Program-made: the position numbers and the translations under genes
Part shown: piece by piece, positions 12,576 to 26,584 of the stretch
How positions within the stretch are numbered: position 1 is the stretch's first letter
Layout: every line of letters begins with the position of its first letter
Notes under the pieces: model-generated
What the model was told of the DNA's origin: nothing
The model's input: only the letters and a program-made list of their open reading frames with translations
Database searches by the model: none
Assembly: GCA_043228905.1 (NCBI GenBank)
Contig: JBHGNT010000001.1
Span: 32,116,001 to 32,180,000 of the forward strand
Length of the DNA stretch: 64,000 nucleotides
Reading direction: 5' to 3'
Origin: Azolla caroliniana
Lineage: Eukaryota > Plantae > Polypodiophyta

Positions 12576-15432
12576 ATGGAAACCTCCTCTTCCCCCTGCT
12601 CCTGCACTTACCATGACGTGGAAGAGACCGCCAAGATTGCCGACTACCTCCTTCAAACCCTCGCCATGGCCTGCATCGAGAAAACCTATGCAAATCTCTT
12701 CACGTCCCTTCTCTCCGTTGTCGATGATACAAAGTCGGAGCTTGTCCAATATGTTTCGGATCAAAGCATCTATAACATGCCTGATCCCCTCTCTCATGGT
12801 CCCTCTCCTTACCACCGAGCCAAACATCTCCTTGACCAGTTCGTGCAGTCAAAAACCAAGTTTCTTAGCAGGGTCTCTAGCAATGTTATGACTGATAAAT
12901 ACTACCGAATCCGACAATTCTCACAAGAGCTACAACATCTCGATCGATGGAGATATGAAGAGAGGAGGCTGCTCGCGGAGAAGATTCTTCGAGGCGTCGC
13001 TGTCTCGTCGGAGAAATTATTTTGCTGCTTTAGATTTGACTCACAAGAGGAGCTTGCTCGACACAAAGTTGTATGTCCTCTGAGACCTGTGATATGTGAA
13101 AATACCGGCTGTGGCCATGTCTTCTCAGCGTTACATTGCCTAGATCACGATGCCATATGTGGCTTCAAACTCATGCCATGTATACAAGCATGTGATGCTA
13201 TGGTGATGAGAAGCATGATGGAGATGCATTGCGGCACCACATGCCCCATGAAACTCGTTAAGTGCCCCTTCTTTAACCTTGGCTGCACTAACAATTTACC
13301 ACAAGGAATGATTGAAGAACATTCCATCACCAATGTGAGTGTGCATCTCATGTATTTGTTCGAGAGTTCACAAAAGCAAGAGTCTGTGGTCTCAAATTTA
13401 GGCCAGCGAATGCTATTGATTGAAAAGGTAAGAAGGAGTTTATTCAAATTCTTTAGTATCATTTTTATATTGTATATGTTTCATCCTACCTGTAAACATT
13501 TGTTAGAGCTGGAGATATATTCTGTTGATAGTTTCTTGGAATTATTCTGGTCAATGAATTGCAATGGATACTGATGGATTTCAATTGAAATTTTGACTAT
13601 GCTATTGGAAATGAGCAACCTGTTGAATATTTTGGGAAGTTGATGAAATAAACATTTCGTTTGGGAGACATGTGTCTTTAACCATGGATGGGAAGTAGAC
13701 ATCAACTAAAATATATTGCTTGAGGACTTCACTTTAAGTGGTTTTTCTGTGATATGCATCCAATTTTCCATGTGACCTTGGGGAGGTGATTTCGAGAAGT
13801 TTTCCTTGCTTTCAGCATGTAGCTGTAAACCCTTTGAAGGTTATAAACTTAAATGGCCTTCTTATAGTTTCTAGAAGTATTATGAAGTATGGTATTTTGT
13901 GCTTACCCCCTATATGGCAGCATAGATATCTCTTTTTTGTTTTCTCTAATTCAATCCCTGAGATTTCTTAAATATTTCTCCACCAAATTCAGTTCCATAA
14001 AGCAGGGTTGCACCACGAGCACAATATGCTCTAACACCATCTTTAGGTTTGTGCATAAGTGGTGCATACTCTCAAATTCATAGTATTGGGCAGTGCTGGC
14101 CTCTGTTCTTGTAATTAGTCGCTGTTCTAAGCGTATTGATTAGGTATCCCGATTTGGAAGTATTCGAAGCAATAAACCACTTCAATGGCCTCCTGCTCAT
14201 AGTACACCACAGGTTGATGACTCTCAGATTAGACAGTGCTTACAACAACTTCAGTGTTAGCCATGTCGATCGGTAGGTCATTAAGGTCATAGAAAGTATG
14301 ATCTATTTCTAAAAGCTTTTGCTGTCTCAGTTGAGAATATGTGAGAAGTACAACATCATCTGGATAATCAGAAGAAATCCTCTGAAAAATCCAATGGCTC
14401 TTTATTCCTCATGTTCTCCTAAGTCTCCTTGGATGGAATCTTCTAGTTGACCTATGCATAGACCAGGTAGAGTATCCTATGGTGGTCTTCATTGTTTTAG
14501 TCTCCATGGAGTTCACAAAATTTCTAGAAAAGCCTTTGTTTGTCTTTAATCTGCATCTTACTTTCTGGTTTCATGCATGTTGGTATTCCAAAAGTTTCCA
14601 TGCTTTCCCATAACTTTACCCTTGGGATTATGTAGATTTCCTTCTTGAAATCTACAAAACAGTATAATTGTTGTCCTTAACTGTGGGCATCCTTGTTTTG
14701 CTTTAATGGTGTTCATGAACTCTCAAGAAAAGCCTCCGTTTATTTTCAATCTGCATCATACTTGCTGGTTACATGCATGTTGGTACCCCGAAAGCTTCCA
14801 AATTTCCTGTAACTCTACTCTTGGGATTGTGTAGAACAACTTCATGAAATCTATAAAATGGTACAGTGGTTTTTCTTTAAGACTACTCTCCTCCATTACT
14901 ATCTGTAAACAAATAGAAGTTTGCCATCTATGCTTTTCAGCTCATTCACTGAGTTGATGTCCAGCAGAACATCATAGAAGTTTAGCATAAAAGATCCCCT
15001 GCGATAGTTGGTGAGCTGATTCTGTTCCATCCTTTGTATCATGTCTTGATCCAGTTACTATGCCAATATTAAGAAATATTTTGTGCTATTGCATGATTTT
15101 TTTATGTATATGTCCATGTTGAGAGATCAAGCTCAACTTAGTTTAGTTAGTTAGTCAACCATATAACTTCGTAGTTACCTAGATAGAATCTAGTTAAAAG
15201 TGTTGACTATAACGCCTTAAATAGGACCTTGTACTTAAGTGAGATATTCTAGAGCCTCCACTCCTAAGTACATTTAATATAGGACTTACACATTAGTACC
15301 TATATTCTACTCACACATGTGCACCTTTGCACATGAGATGTATATATACCTCATTGTGGGTATTTTTGTATTTGATGATGTTGAAGCTAATTTAATATAC
15401 TTACTCATCCCCCATCTTGTGTTGTTCATAAG

Positions 15433-15520
<88 letters not shown>

Positions 15521-16058
15521 ATACACACACATCACATAATCTTCCACTTAACTTAATCACATAATTAGGCACTAATTAACCCATACTTAATTACTTACCT
15601 AATTCTTAGCAGTCAATCTTTAGCCATTGGAGTAGTCCATTTTTGAATTTCTGAGCATCAGTAAAATGCATCTGCAACGTCACCATTTTGAGGAGGGGTA
15701 GGATGATCTGGCCGAAGAAAATTATGGTTCCTTAGTTTTCACTTATATTACCACCTTATTTATCAAAAGCTTCCATGTGCATTAACTTCCTCTTTAGAGA
15801 GAGAGAGAGAGAGAGAGAGGGAATGTGTGATTTCTCATGCAGGCATTGTCTATCAGTGAAAGGACAGAAGCGGTGGATGTGGGAAATCTCTCCCTATTGG
15901 TTCACCAACAAGATACGAAGATAAAGTCATTAGAACGAGAAATCAGTAAATTTAAAAAGCAAGAGGACAAGATAAAGTCATTAGAGCGTGAAATCAACAA
16001 CTTAACTCAACAAGTCAAAGCAACAAGCTCATTCAAGAATCCAAAAAACGCTCCATGA
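12576..16058 (+). CDS. Plant TRAF-type zinc-finger protein (TRAF-like superfamily), 2 exons
   Basis: Exon 1 is 12576-13427 (GCCATGG start; an in-frame upstream ATG exists at 12435). Exon 2 is 15843-16058. TRAF zinc fingers: CPLRPVICENTGC, HDAICGFKLMPC, HCGTTCPMKLVKCPF..GC. The C-terminus is a coiled coil. Confidence 0.88.
14230..15050 (-). mobile_element. Highly decayed non-LTR retrotransposon reverse transcriptase remnant in the TRAF-gene intron, with an internal ~200-bp tandem duplication
   Basis: The minus strand reads QLYCFVDFKK (14670-14641), a second copy LYHFIDFMK.. about 200 bp away, and DYPDDVVLL (YADD-like, ~14369-14343). Many stops and frameshifts are present. Confidence 0.65.
15117..15611. 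mobile_element. Solo LTR (495 bp) in the TRAF-gene intron
   Basis: It begins TGTTGAGAG and ends TTCTTAGCA (TG...CA with an imperfect inverted repeat). It is flanked by GTCCA/GTCAA, a 5-bp TSD with one mismatch, and contains a (CT)n(CA)n tract. Confidence 0.6.
15435..15531. repeat. Compound (TC)n(AC)n microsatellite
   Basis: Directly visible dinucleotide runs. Confidence 0.95.
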
Positions 16059-18192
16059 TGTACGTACAAAGCTTTGGAGAAGAATGTGTACATTGTACAG
16101 AAAAGATTGAAGCATATAGCCTACAAGTCTCTCCTCGTAAGAAATATCGAGTAAAGAGAATCTGTTTGTTTTGGAGAGTATCCTCTTTTTGAAGTTTTGT
16201 TGGCATTTTGAACGAGTTCAGATCAAAGCATACATATTGACATATCTGTAACAGTATTATTTTGAAAATACCAACCCCATCTCATTGTTGTGCCCTCCCC
16301 TCACCAGTCAAGCAACGGACATTTCAACAAAATGCCAACAAGGCCTCTTCCATCACTAATATCATAGTTATACCAAAGGTGAGAAATTGTTATCAAAGCA
16401 CCTCCCACTTGTGGCTTGTAAAGCTTCTACATGTTAACAAGGTTTCTTGTATTATCCACAACCCAAAAGTTCTACCAACGGAGGATGCATCTTTCATCTT
16501 TTGCTCTACCATCATATTGCATTCTACTTCCAAATTTTCTATAAAATACTTGTCCCAAGCTTTTTATTTAGCCCCTTGTCCCTTTTGGGAAGACTGGAAT
16601 GGTGATTTAATGTGCTAATCTATAAGGTTTCTTGATGGAAGATGTACCCATATATTTTAGATTTTCTTAACATTTAACTTAATCATAATTCAATGTACAA
16701 TTATTATTACTATTATGACTAGTGTATATTGCTAAGTTCATCATACAGCATAAATATTGTTGCTCTAGTTCACTTTTCAAGGTCCATATGCTGTGCTATA
16801 TTGTATTGTTCGGAATAATAGAAATGCTTAACACTAATCAATCTGTATGCATTTGAATTGTTACCAGTGACCACCATTATTATAACTAGTGTATGCTACC
16901 AAGTTTTTGATCTAACATGAATGTTGTCATTCTAGTACAATTGTATTATAAACCACTAAAACATTCTGTAACTACAGATTATAATATTATACCCTTGAGT
17001 TTAATTTCATGATCAAGAATATATAAAATCCCCATGTCAGCCTTTAGGATATCCTTTGCTCATCCAGCATTGAGGAATAAGAGAATGTCACAAAGTACAT
17101 TCCACAAATTTGGGCCAGGTTTTTGTGCCCTCGTAATTGTCACAATAGGCACCACATGAGTTTATCCAATAAGTGAATGTCACAATAGGCATTACATGAA
17201 TTTAGGTAACAAACGAATATGGCATCACACTCAGTATTTCCTATGTAATAGGCATATATATATACACACTGAAAATGCTTGCATATTAAATACGTCTGTG
17301 CTTATATATAAATATTATGTATTAGTGCTGTAATTATGGCTAACTAGGGGCAAGTCATGTTGGTAAACTGCCCTCTACAAAGATACTTTAAAACATGCTC
17401 TTATGTGATGCACATATTTTGACCATTAAACTCCAATGTTATGAGTGCAAAACTCTAGTTTCAAACAGTATGAACACTAGTTCTGAGAAAGCTACCTCAA
17501 TTTTCTTTATCAACTTTGCAAGAAAACACTACATAAGCCAAATCACGATTTGTGAAGCAAAAGCAACCTACAACCGGTTTCAATGAGACAACATCTACAA
17601 ATAGGTGCACCTAGCATTTTCATCAACACCACAATATCCTACTTTGCAGCTCTCGCTTTATTTGATTACTCGATTATAAAGTTGTGCATGGTTTAATAGA
17701 TTGGCACAAGCGATGCTATCTGGAATCATTGTGGTATTCATAAGCTTTGATATTCCCATGTAATGACTGGTTTCATTTGCAAACACTTCTCTGGTAGTAG
17801 TCATCCATCAATGTTTCGTGGACAGTCGCCAAAATTAACAAAAGAGAATCGAATTTGATCTGCAGTTGTTTGGTATGTAGCATTCAGATCATCGATCAAA
17901 ACATTCATGTAGCTACCTGCTCATTTCCCTTCTTTGGAGAGTCCAATCTTCATGCCGTACAACTGTACATTTTCTCTCTAAACTTGTTTAGTCAAATTCA
18001 TAACACATTTTGCTGACTGCTTCAAGTCATGTATGACCTGAACACATCATAATGCCATCCCAAATTTAATAATAACAACTTTATTAACAGATCATACCAT
18101 CTGGTACTTAAATGAGACTACCAGAATTAATATCCTTGACCTACCTTACATCACCACCAGGAAGGACGTGGCGTTACCTGCTTTTATTTCTC

Positions 18193-21100
18193 TTATAAAT
18201 GACTGTTAGAATTCATAGCCTCTTCATTCTCTTGTTCAGTCTGTTTGAAATGGGAAAATGTGTGATTAAAAGCTATATAACAACAAACCATGGGACAAGT
18301 GAAGGATTGTGTATTTAATAACCAGTTACCATGCTTGCAGCTGTCTCCTCCTGCTTCACCTTCTTCTTAGACGATGCCTGTTCTAGTATCACCACTGGGC
18401 TCACATGATGCCGCCTGTAAGACATATTTATTAAATAAACAAGTTCATGTCCCTTAACATAAGATAAATTATTTGCTGAACTTTTTTCATTGTCTCACAT
18501 TTCTAGGTGAGCTTTTTTTCAATTGATGACAGTACTTATTTGTTTTGACCTTTTTTCTTTGAGCAATATGATGCACACTAACACAGGCCTGTCTATGTCT
18601 ATCATGACTTTCCTTGCATTAACATATTTAACAACGTCTAGACATAGATCTCTAAAGGGTCTCAGATTGACTAACCCAAATGAATGGTACCATGGGTTTC
18701 CCTATGTGGAATGTGGAAGACTGCTGTGTATATTTGTTCTCCACTACATGATCTTTTTGTTCACATGACTCTTTATTTATGTCTATTTTGTGAATAGTGA
18801 TTATCTATCTACACACACACACATATATATTACGCTCTTTTTTGTCCTTTCGGGAAAAAAAATCAACCAATGAAACTCATCACATCCCCCCCTCCCCTTA
18901 ACATACTTTCTATCTAGCAGCAGTTATATTTACAGACAAGTTAACCCACAAGGCTTAATTACTTTGAAGGCAGGGTAGTGAGCTGGTGCGTAATATCAAT
19001 GTCCCTGTTTCGCTGCTCCTTCTCATCAACTTCAGGCTCAGTTTCTGAGTCAGAATATTCCCCATCCCATAACCTCGCCTTTGGTCGTGAGTCGTAAGCT
19101 TCTTCCACCTGCATGTGGCAAAAATGAATCCAACATATATTCAGAGAAAAAATAGTACCGTTGTCTATGATAAAGTAAAGCTCTGTGTTAAAAAACGTCA
19201 CATTGCACATTGCCATATATTTCAGAAGTCCTAGAAATACAAGTTTCTAAAACCCCCAAAATGACGTTTTCAGTCATGAATTATTTGCAGCATAGCATCA
19301 AACGAAACATGAATCTGCATATAGCATGAGAGAAGCTATAAACATTTGAAAGAGACCAACCTCCTCAAGAAGTTCTGTGTCAGGTGGTCTTTCTTGAAAC
19401 TGGACACTAGGAACATGCTGTAATTTTGAAAGATTTTCAAGCAGCCTTTCCCTGATCACACAAGAAAACTTATTTGATAAAGCATCACAAAAAAATGAAT
19501 AGAAAATGGGATGAGTAGGAAAACCTTAATGAGTCTAGGTAGCTCTTCTGATTTTGATTTTCCATGCTGCTTGGAGCAATATGAAGGTTGTATTCAGGAC
19601 CGAAGTACTCAAAATACTCATTGTATGGCATTTTATCATCAATATCAACACCAACAGCAACCCCTGTCTAAATGGAAAACCGCACAAATAAGAGGTCAAC
19701 ACAAAAGGAGCAGATTATGATTAAGATCAGTTCTTAAATTATAAAAATCAGAGATGCATGGAAACACAAACATTCAGCAAAGAAGTGTATATTTTTCAGT
19801 ATCCTGGTGGGAGGTGTATTACTATAACATCAAAACCAATACCAAGCATTGCAGAATCCAGTAAAAGCAATCACACCATGGGCACCGCTAATACGAGTAG
19901 AGTTGACCTTGCTTTTATACAAGCTATGCATCAAGAAAGTTGACCTGGGCACTCTAGTGACGATTACGCTCATGTTTTTCCTGTTTCAACCTTTTTCCCT
20001 CTTCTTTTGAGGGTTATATTTACTCCTTATATTCACAAGATGGAACTCTTGGTTTGATCCTATGAAGCATGTAACCTACTACAACTCACCATAAAGCAGA
20101 CTTCATACTGTAAGATTACAAGACAATCGAGACAGGATGTAAATATGTACAAATCTAGGACCCGCAACAAATTAATCCTATTCCATACACTTATCAGGCA
20201 AACTTTGACGACTTAGTTTTCCAATTACAATCACGTTTTTAGCAGATTCTAGGGAGAGGGTTATGGCCTGCATATTGCTCTTGGGGCAATTCTGTTTGAA
20301 ATAGGATTCATTAGACTCTCAATTTTTGGGCACCTCATGTTCTGTATGTAGTCTACAAAGTTGGATGGCATCAATCCAACAGACCAGCACTTACTAGCAT
20401 TTAGAAGACGAAAATCAAGACTATGTCTGCAATTATCCATTAAGTGACTTTGTATGAGAACCTTGAAAAAGCTTGTTTCAAGGTCTCGTCGCTTCGGTGA
20501 ATCACTTGAGACTCCGAGAAATTCTCAGTACCATGAAGCTACACCAGTGAGCTATTACGCTTTCTAAGATAAGAGGCATATGTGATACTAAGGTTCTCAA
20601 AAAAGAAAAGAAACTTCACAAACTATATATCTTTCACAAACAACCCAATAACTATGAGACTAAAGAAAAGCTAAAACACAAACAATAAAGTAGAACAAAA
20701 AATAAAACACACAAAAAACAAGCTGCGAGTATAATATTTACTCTTCTACAAACTGCCAACAAAATCTGAAGACAGACATGCATGAATACTAGTCTGTAGT
20801 TCACGACTTGCACCAATAAAAATGTATTGGACACTATCATCAGTTCTTGGAAGATTATGGTATTAAACCCATCGAAGTTATGAAGTTCACAGAAAATAAG
20901 GATCAAGTCTGTATCGTAATAATTTATTAGAAAGATTATGATTTCAACAGAATTGATGAAGCTTTTAATCTAGGTAAGTTTCTTTGGTCATCGGTTCTAC
21001 TGCCAAAATCAAACATCAATACATTTAGCATAATATTTGTTTTCCAGCAACACATGATCCTCAATCATGGTATATGGAAATATAAGCTGATATATAGACG

Positions 21101-24100
21101 GTTCGACAACAAATTTCAATGTGCAATACTTTATGAGCCCTGAGATGCCATTCAGCATATCATATTCTAGAAAATCATCTGAGGTGGTAATTTTGTAAAA
21201 TGATGGATTCGTTGAAAATGTCTCAAAATTTTCAACTTTCCAAGTGTTCCATAGTGTTCCTCCTCTACAAAATGGAACCACACCAACTGGTCTTTCTCCC
21301 TCAGGTAACCTTGTGCTAGTCATGATCATCTTACCACAAATGAGGTTCTTTTCTATGTCACAAGGGACATTAGCCATGCCACACTTGTCCACCCAAACAC
21401 ATTCCAACGAAGTTCCTAAGCTGGGTTTTGTCTTCTACAATATGGATATAGAATTCACAACCTCAATTGATCAGTGGGGACGTGTAGATATATCAAAATG
21501 ACAATGCACTCAAAAACTTTTCCTGAGTGAACTCATGGCTGTCTGCCAAAAATATTATCTTTGACTCAGAATAAATTTGCAAGCTGCCCAAAATCTGGCC
21601 AATAAGCAGGCATCACAAATGTCATTAAATGTCAATGCACTCAAAACCTTTTGCAGAGTATGCTCACAGATGTGAGCTAAACAGGATATCTTTGTTTTAG
21701 ACCTAAACTTGCAAGCTGCCCAGAATCTTGTCAATAAACAGGCATCACAATTAGGAGATGAAATGTGAATGGACTCTTTGTAGAGTAAGCCCGCAGCTGT
21801 CAGCTAAATGAAATATTGTTGACCCAGGACTAGATTTGCAAGTCCCCAGAATCTGGTCAATCAATTAGGTCATTCTGTTCTGGTTGCTGGATCCTATTTT
21901 AGAGATCACTGCTATCACATTCACTGGCTCTATGGATAACGGATAGAAACGACAAAGTGACCATATTCTGAATTTAATAGATATTGATTTGGAGACAAGG
22001 GATATATGCTAAATAAATGCATTCACATTTCGCTGAAGGCAAGCTTCCCACAGATATGAAGAGCTTAGCAGATAATAAATGAATTCAAGCACTGAAACGT
22101 AACTGTAGGACTGAAACACGCAGCAATTTGAAAGTGACCATTAAGAATTCCGGAAAGACATTGAAAAGAATTGCAATAATTTGGCTGATTGCTGAGTTTC
22201 CATTAAAACAGAGATGATACCTCATAGCACCAACATCTTGCAACATTCCTGATTGTGTAGCCACCACCTCCTAAAAGTAATAGAGGCACATTAAAAGAAC
22301 GTACAAATCTAACACATTCTGCATGCCCCTTTACTGTTAAGTTGAAGCATCCAAGTCTATCTCCTGAAAGAGAATCTGCTCCACATTGCAAGACAACTGC
22401 CCCTGGTTGATACACCTCCATCACCTTGGATATTATAGGTTTAAATAGTGATTGATAACTATCATCATCTATGCCATCATTTAGAGGTACATTCACAGAG
22501 TAATATTTCCCTTTTCCATAGCCCAAATCGCGAAGATCACCAGTACCAGGGAAATAATCACCAAATTTGTGGAATGAAACTGTCATAACTCGATCGGTCG
22601 TGTAAAAAGCTTCTTCCACCCCATCACCATGGTGAATGTCAATGTCAATGTAAAGAACTCTCTGCGAAAGGCAAATTGAAAGTTAGAAGAAAAATAATTT
22701 ACTGAGAACATTCCAAAACATCACTGTGTATAATTACAAAACATTGTTATGTATCCCCATCTCTACTGCTCTCTCAGTACTCTGACGAAACAAAAATATC
22801 ACAATAGTATCGCTACCTAATGCAGATCAACTCACTTCTGACAAAGTGAGAATTCAACCGGGAATTCCGAATCATTTATAAGCCAGGTCTTGCCCATTTA
22901 AACGCATCCATCACTGCTAGTCATGAAAATATGTTGATCACTAACCTTGTGTTATTGTATGAGATGATGCATGCATTATTTATTGAATAAGTACATCCAA
23001 GAAATCAAGAAGTAAAGCTATATGATTCAGCTATGACATTGCATGATTTCCAAATTTTAAATCTATGACTTCATCGACCAAAGAAATGTTGTGTTCAGCA
23101 TTTAGCTTCCGAAATGCATTGGTCAAATGTCCACATGATTATCTACTTTAGGGGATAAAGAGCTATCCTTCCTAAACCAACCCAATCCATGTAATCTAAC
23201 ATAAAAGATGCATTTATAAGATTAAATAAATACCTGCCTCCAAAAGAATGAAGAATTCTACCCTTGCAATAATGCCTCCCTCTAAAGCATATGTAAACCA
23301 AGTTGCCTCTATCAATTTAAGATTTGAGGACCTGAGGGCAAATACCAGGGAAAACCATATACTCCAAGGAACACAAAATTTTGGAGAACATTAGCACCTT
23401 TATCTATATGGGAATATTATCTCTTCAGAATTGATAGGTATATAGGCTCTTGACCTGTGTTTATAGAGAGCAAAATAATTAACTCTTAATCTCTGCTTAT
23501 AGTAGCTATAGCTTCTATAAGGGCCAAGCACTATTCTAGATCAGAAGCCTCCGAATGAAATCTCGCACTCAGAAATCTGAGTCCTGTATTGACACTCGAG
23601 GAGTAGAGTGACTATTGAAACTTTATCCAGAAACTTCATATATAAAACTCGAGAAACAAAAGAGCTAATGCGAAAGCATTGACCCCTGTTTTTTTAGAAA
23701 GGATTGAATAGAGCGTATGAGGGAAGATAAGTGTTTGGGTATTGCGTACCTCATGATACTTGAGAAGCTCTAGGATTGCCAACACAATGTCATTCACATA
23801 GCAAAACCCTGAAGCCTCACATTTCTTAGCATGATGCAAGCCACCAGACCAGTTGATAGCAATGTCAGTTTGTCCATGGTTGAGCTTAACTGCACTTCCT
23901 AAAGAACCTCCGGCGTAGCTTTGACAAAATGCATACAATCCATGAAAAACAGGGCAATCTTCGCCCACATTGAACCTCTTGAGCACACGGAGCTGATCAT
24001 GTTGTGTTTCCGGCGACACTGACCTGATGAAAGATATATTGATGTGTATTCTTCAATAAATGGAAAAAACAGCTGCTATTTGTTTCCAATTTACTATTTT

Positions 24101-24625
24101 TAACGGATTCTGGAAAACTTTGATCGATTTTTATAATCAAGTATTATTGAGATTTCTTCCAATTTTATCATAAAGAAAAACTCCAATAAAAATTTGTGGA
24201 AAATTAGCTAAAAATTTTGAATTTTTTTGAAAGAACATCCCAATTTTCTGTTGTTTTAGAAAGGTGGTAGCAGAAGACTTGGAGAGAACATGTATGGAAG
24301 GTATAAAAACAATCAGAAAATTATAAGAGAGGATGAGATAAGGCATAATTCTTTGGAGAAGGACTGACCTGAGGAAGGAGATATAATCATCCGCATGGAA
24401 GCGGCAGAGATCATCGTCGTGTGCGAGATATGGCCGGAACATCTCCATCTTGTGGTGCAGGCCATAGTGGACGACGAGGGAGTGGGCCATCCGGATGCGA
24501 TGAGGTTTCATGGGGTGTCCTTGGCCGTAGTAGTAGTTGCCAACATCCGGGTCGTAGAAGTAGGAAACCACGCGCTTCTTTCCCTCACCTCCTCCTGCAG
24601 TCAGAGAATTCCCCCCACTCTCCAT
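18193..24625 (-). CDS. Class I RPD3-type histone deacetylase (HDA19/HDA6 group), 8 coding exons
   Basis: Exons: 24625-24369, 24023-23750, 22661-22221, 19667-19525, 19451-19361, 19108-18963, 18414-18330, 18240-18193. Motifs: [66 protein letters not shown], and an acidic tail. Confidence 0.95.
21496..21868. repeat. Three diverged ~132-bp tandem repeats in HDAC intron 3
   Basis: Units start near 21496, 21627 and 21761 (AAATG.CAATG.ACTC). Each carries TTGCAAG..CCCA.AATCT..(T/C)CAAT. Confidence 0.85.
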
Positions 24626-26584
24626 TACAAAGCTCGCCTCACTGCATTCAACAGAGAGGCGGAGGTATGGATGGTGTTCCACGATTTCTGCGAGAGCAGG
24701 AGCAGGAGCAGGAGCAGGGGGGAAGAAATTGAGGAGAATGATGGGTCTCTCTCTGTCTGTCTGTCTGTCTTGCTCGCGCTCTCTGTTGGCCTGCGTGGCC
24801 CACTTCCCGCCCAGAATTATGTATGTATACGTACTGTATGTATGTATTGTATATATGTATTTGGTATTCTTCTCGTAGAATCAATCGTATGTATAATGTT
24901 TTTTACGGTGTCGTCTACTCCCGAATCAAAATCGTATATATTTGCTAGACTCTCTACATACAGAGTAATTTCGTGTCCCATCGGCACTACTAACTAAGTA
25001 TCTGTAGTAAGTAGTACGACATGTTTATAAAGCGCCGCCATTACACGAGAAATAACTAACACCTCTCGCCCGACAAGAGAATCCCTGTTGATTCCATGAG
25101 TAGAATCTCCACGTTGATACCCCTCTCCTTCGACTTCCAGTCACACTCTTATTATAAATTGTGGGGAACTATATTGGTTATATAAGTTGGGAATGATTAA
25201 TACCTAATGAGCTAGTGACATGAAATGAATGCTTCTCAAGGTTTACATCTTGCATAAAAAAGGGCAATAACTCTTGCGTAGAAAGGGCTTGTGGGGCTAT
25301 CTTTTGGTCCTCATCCTCTCCCAAAGAATAGGGTAAGGGGCTAAAGACTAGCATTGAATTGAATGAGTAACTAGCTACGAGCCATTTTCTCCTTGTAGAT
25401 TTCCTGCACTAATCAATTGAGATATAAATGTTTTCACTTAGCAATCGCCCATTTATTCGAGACATGTCATATGTTTCTTTTATCTAGTATTCATCTATAT
25501 AATTAGGACAAACATGTTTCTTAATTGAAAATCGACCGAGTGTGTACTGATGTTAATTTAAGTTGGAAAGTCCTCTTCAAGCGGCTTCCATAATTGTATG
25601 GAGCGGAGAAATAAGAGCTTTGATAATGTAGGTTTTACCATATGTGCATGGAGTTGCTGTTTGACTGCCCCAAATATCTAAGTCATTTAAGATATTGTTC
25701 ACACTTTAGGGATAGGTAGAACTTATAAGTGGGTGACATACATAAGGAATGAAGTATGATACATGACATGATGATATTAATACTATTGTGGATGTTCATT
25801 AATTATTAGGGGAGTAGACTTGGTAACCGTATCAAGCCTTAGTAGTAACTCAAATCATGTCAATCTTGTTTCTTAAGGTTGCACCATTGTCAATGCAAAT
25901 CAAACTTAATTTAAGATGGAAAATGTGACAACTCTATGTAGGAAAACATAAAAGCCACTATAATTGTCGGAAATAATGAGCTTTTTATTTCCATACGATA
26001 GCATCAAATTTTTTTAGGGCAAACTATTAACATGTACAACTTGAAAGAAAATTTAGAAAGAGTTTCAATAATGAGAACAAGATCAAAACCATTCCCCAAG
26101 ACTCAAACTCTTCAACCTAAAATGTCTTCTTAAACTTTTGACCCATTGTTGTCTCCTTTGTGTCCTATCTAATTTTGATGTATCCACAATCATACGAATC
26201 AAAGCCGAGAGGAGACAGTCTATGGAAATGATCCTCAAGAAAGCTACCAACAAAATATATGGACTCTGTGTGCATCGCAGGCCCTGCGTGCGAGAATGCT
26301 TGTGGTGGTATACATTGATTCAATTAATTTATAAAAAAAACAAACGGGGTATTTATCTCTAGACTCTCTCATCAATACACTAAGTGAAATCAGACTTAAC
26401 TTTAGAAATAGAACTTTAGGAAATTTAATTTAGGGCCATGGCCACACACACATACATATATGTACACACAAAATAACACTAATTTTCTCTTCTTCTAAAG
26501 TTCTACAAGCCCTGTCCTCTGCGCCCTCCTCCTCCTTCTCCTCCTCTCGAGTCTCTCCTATAGATCCCTGTCCCTCTACGAGCT

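Noticed and set aside
24395-24997. 200-aa plus-strand ORF opposite HDAC exon 1
   Set aside because: It is an antisense shadow of a GC-rich exon running into microsatellites, with no recognisable domain.
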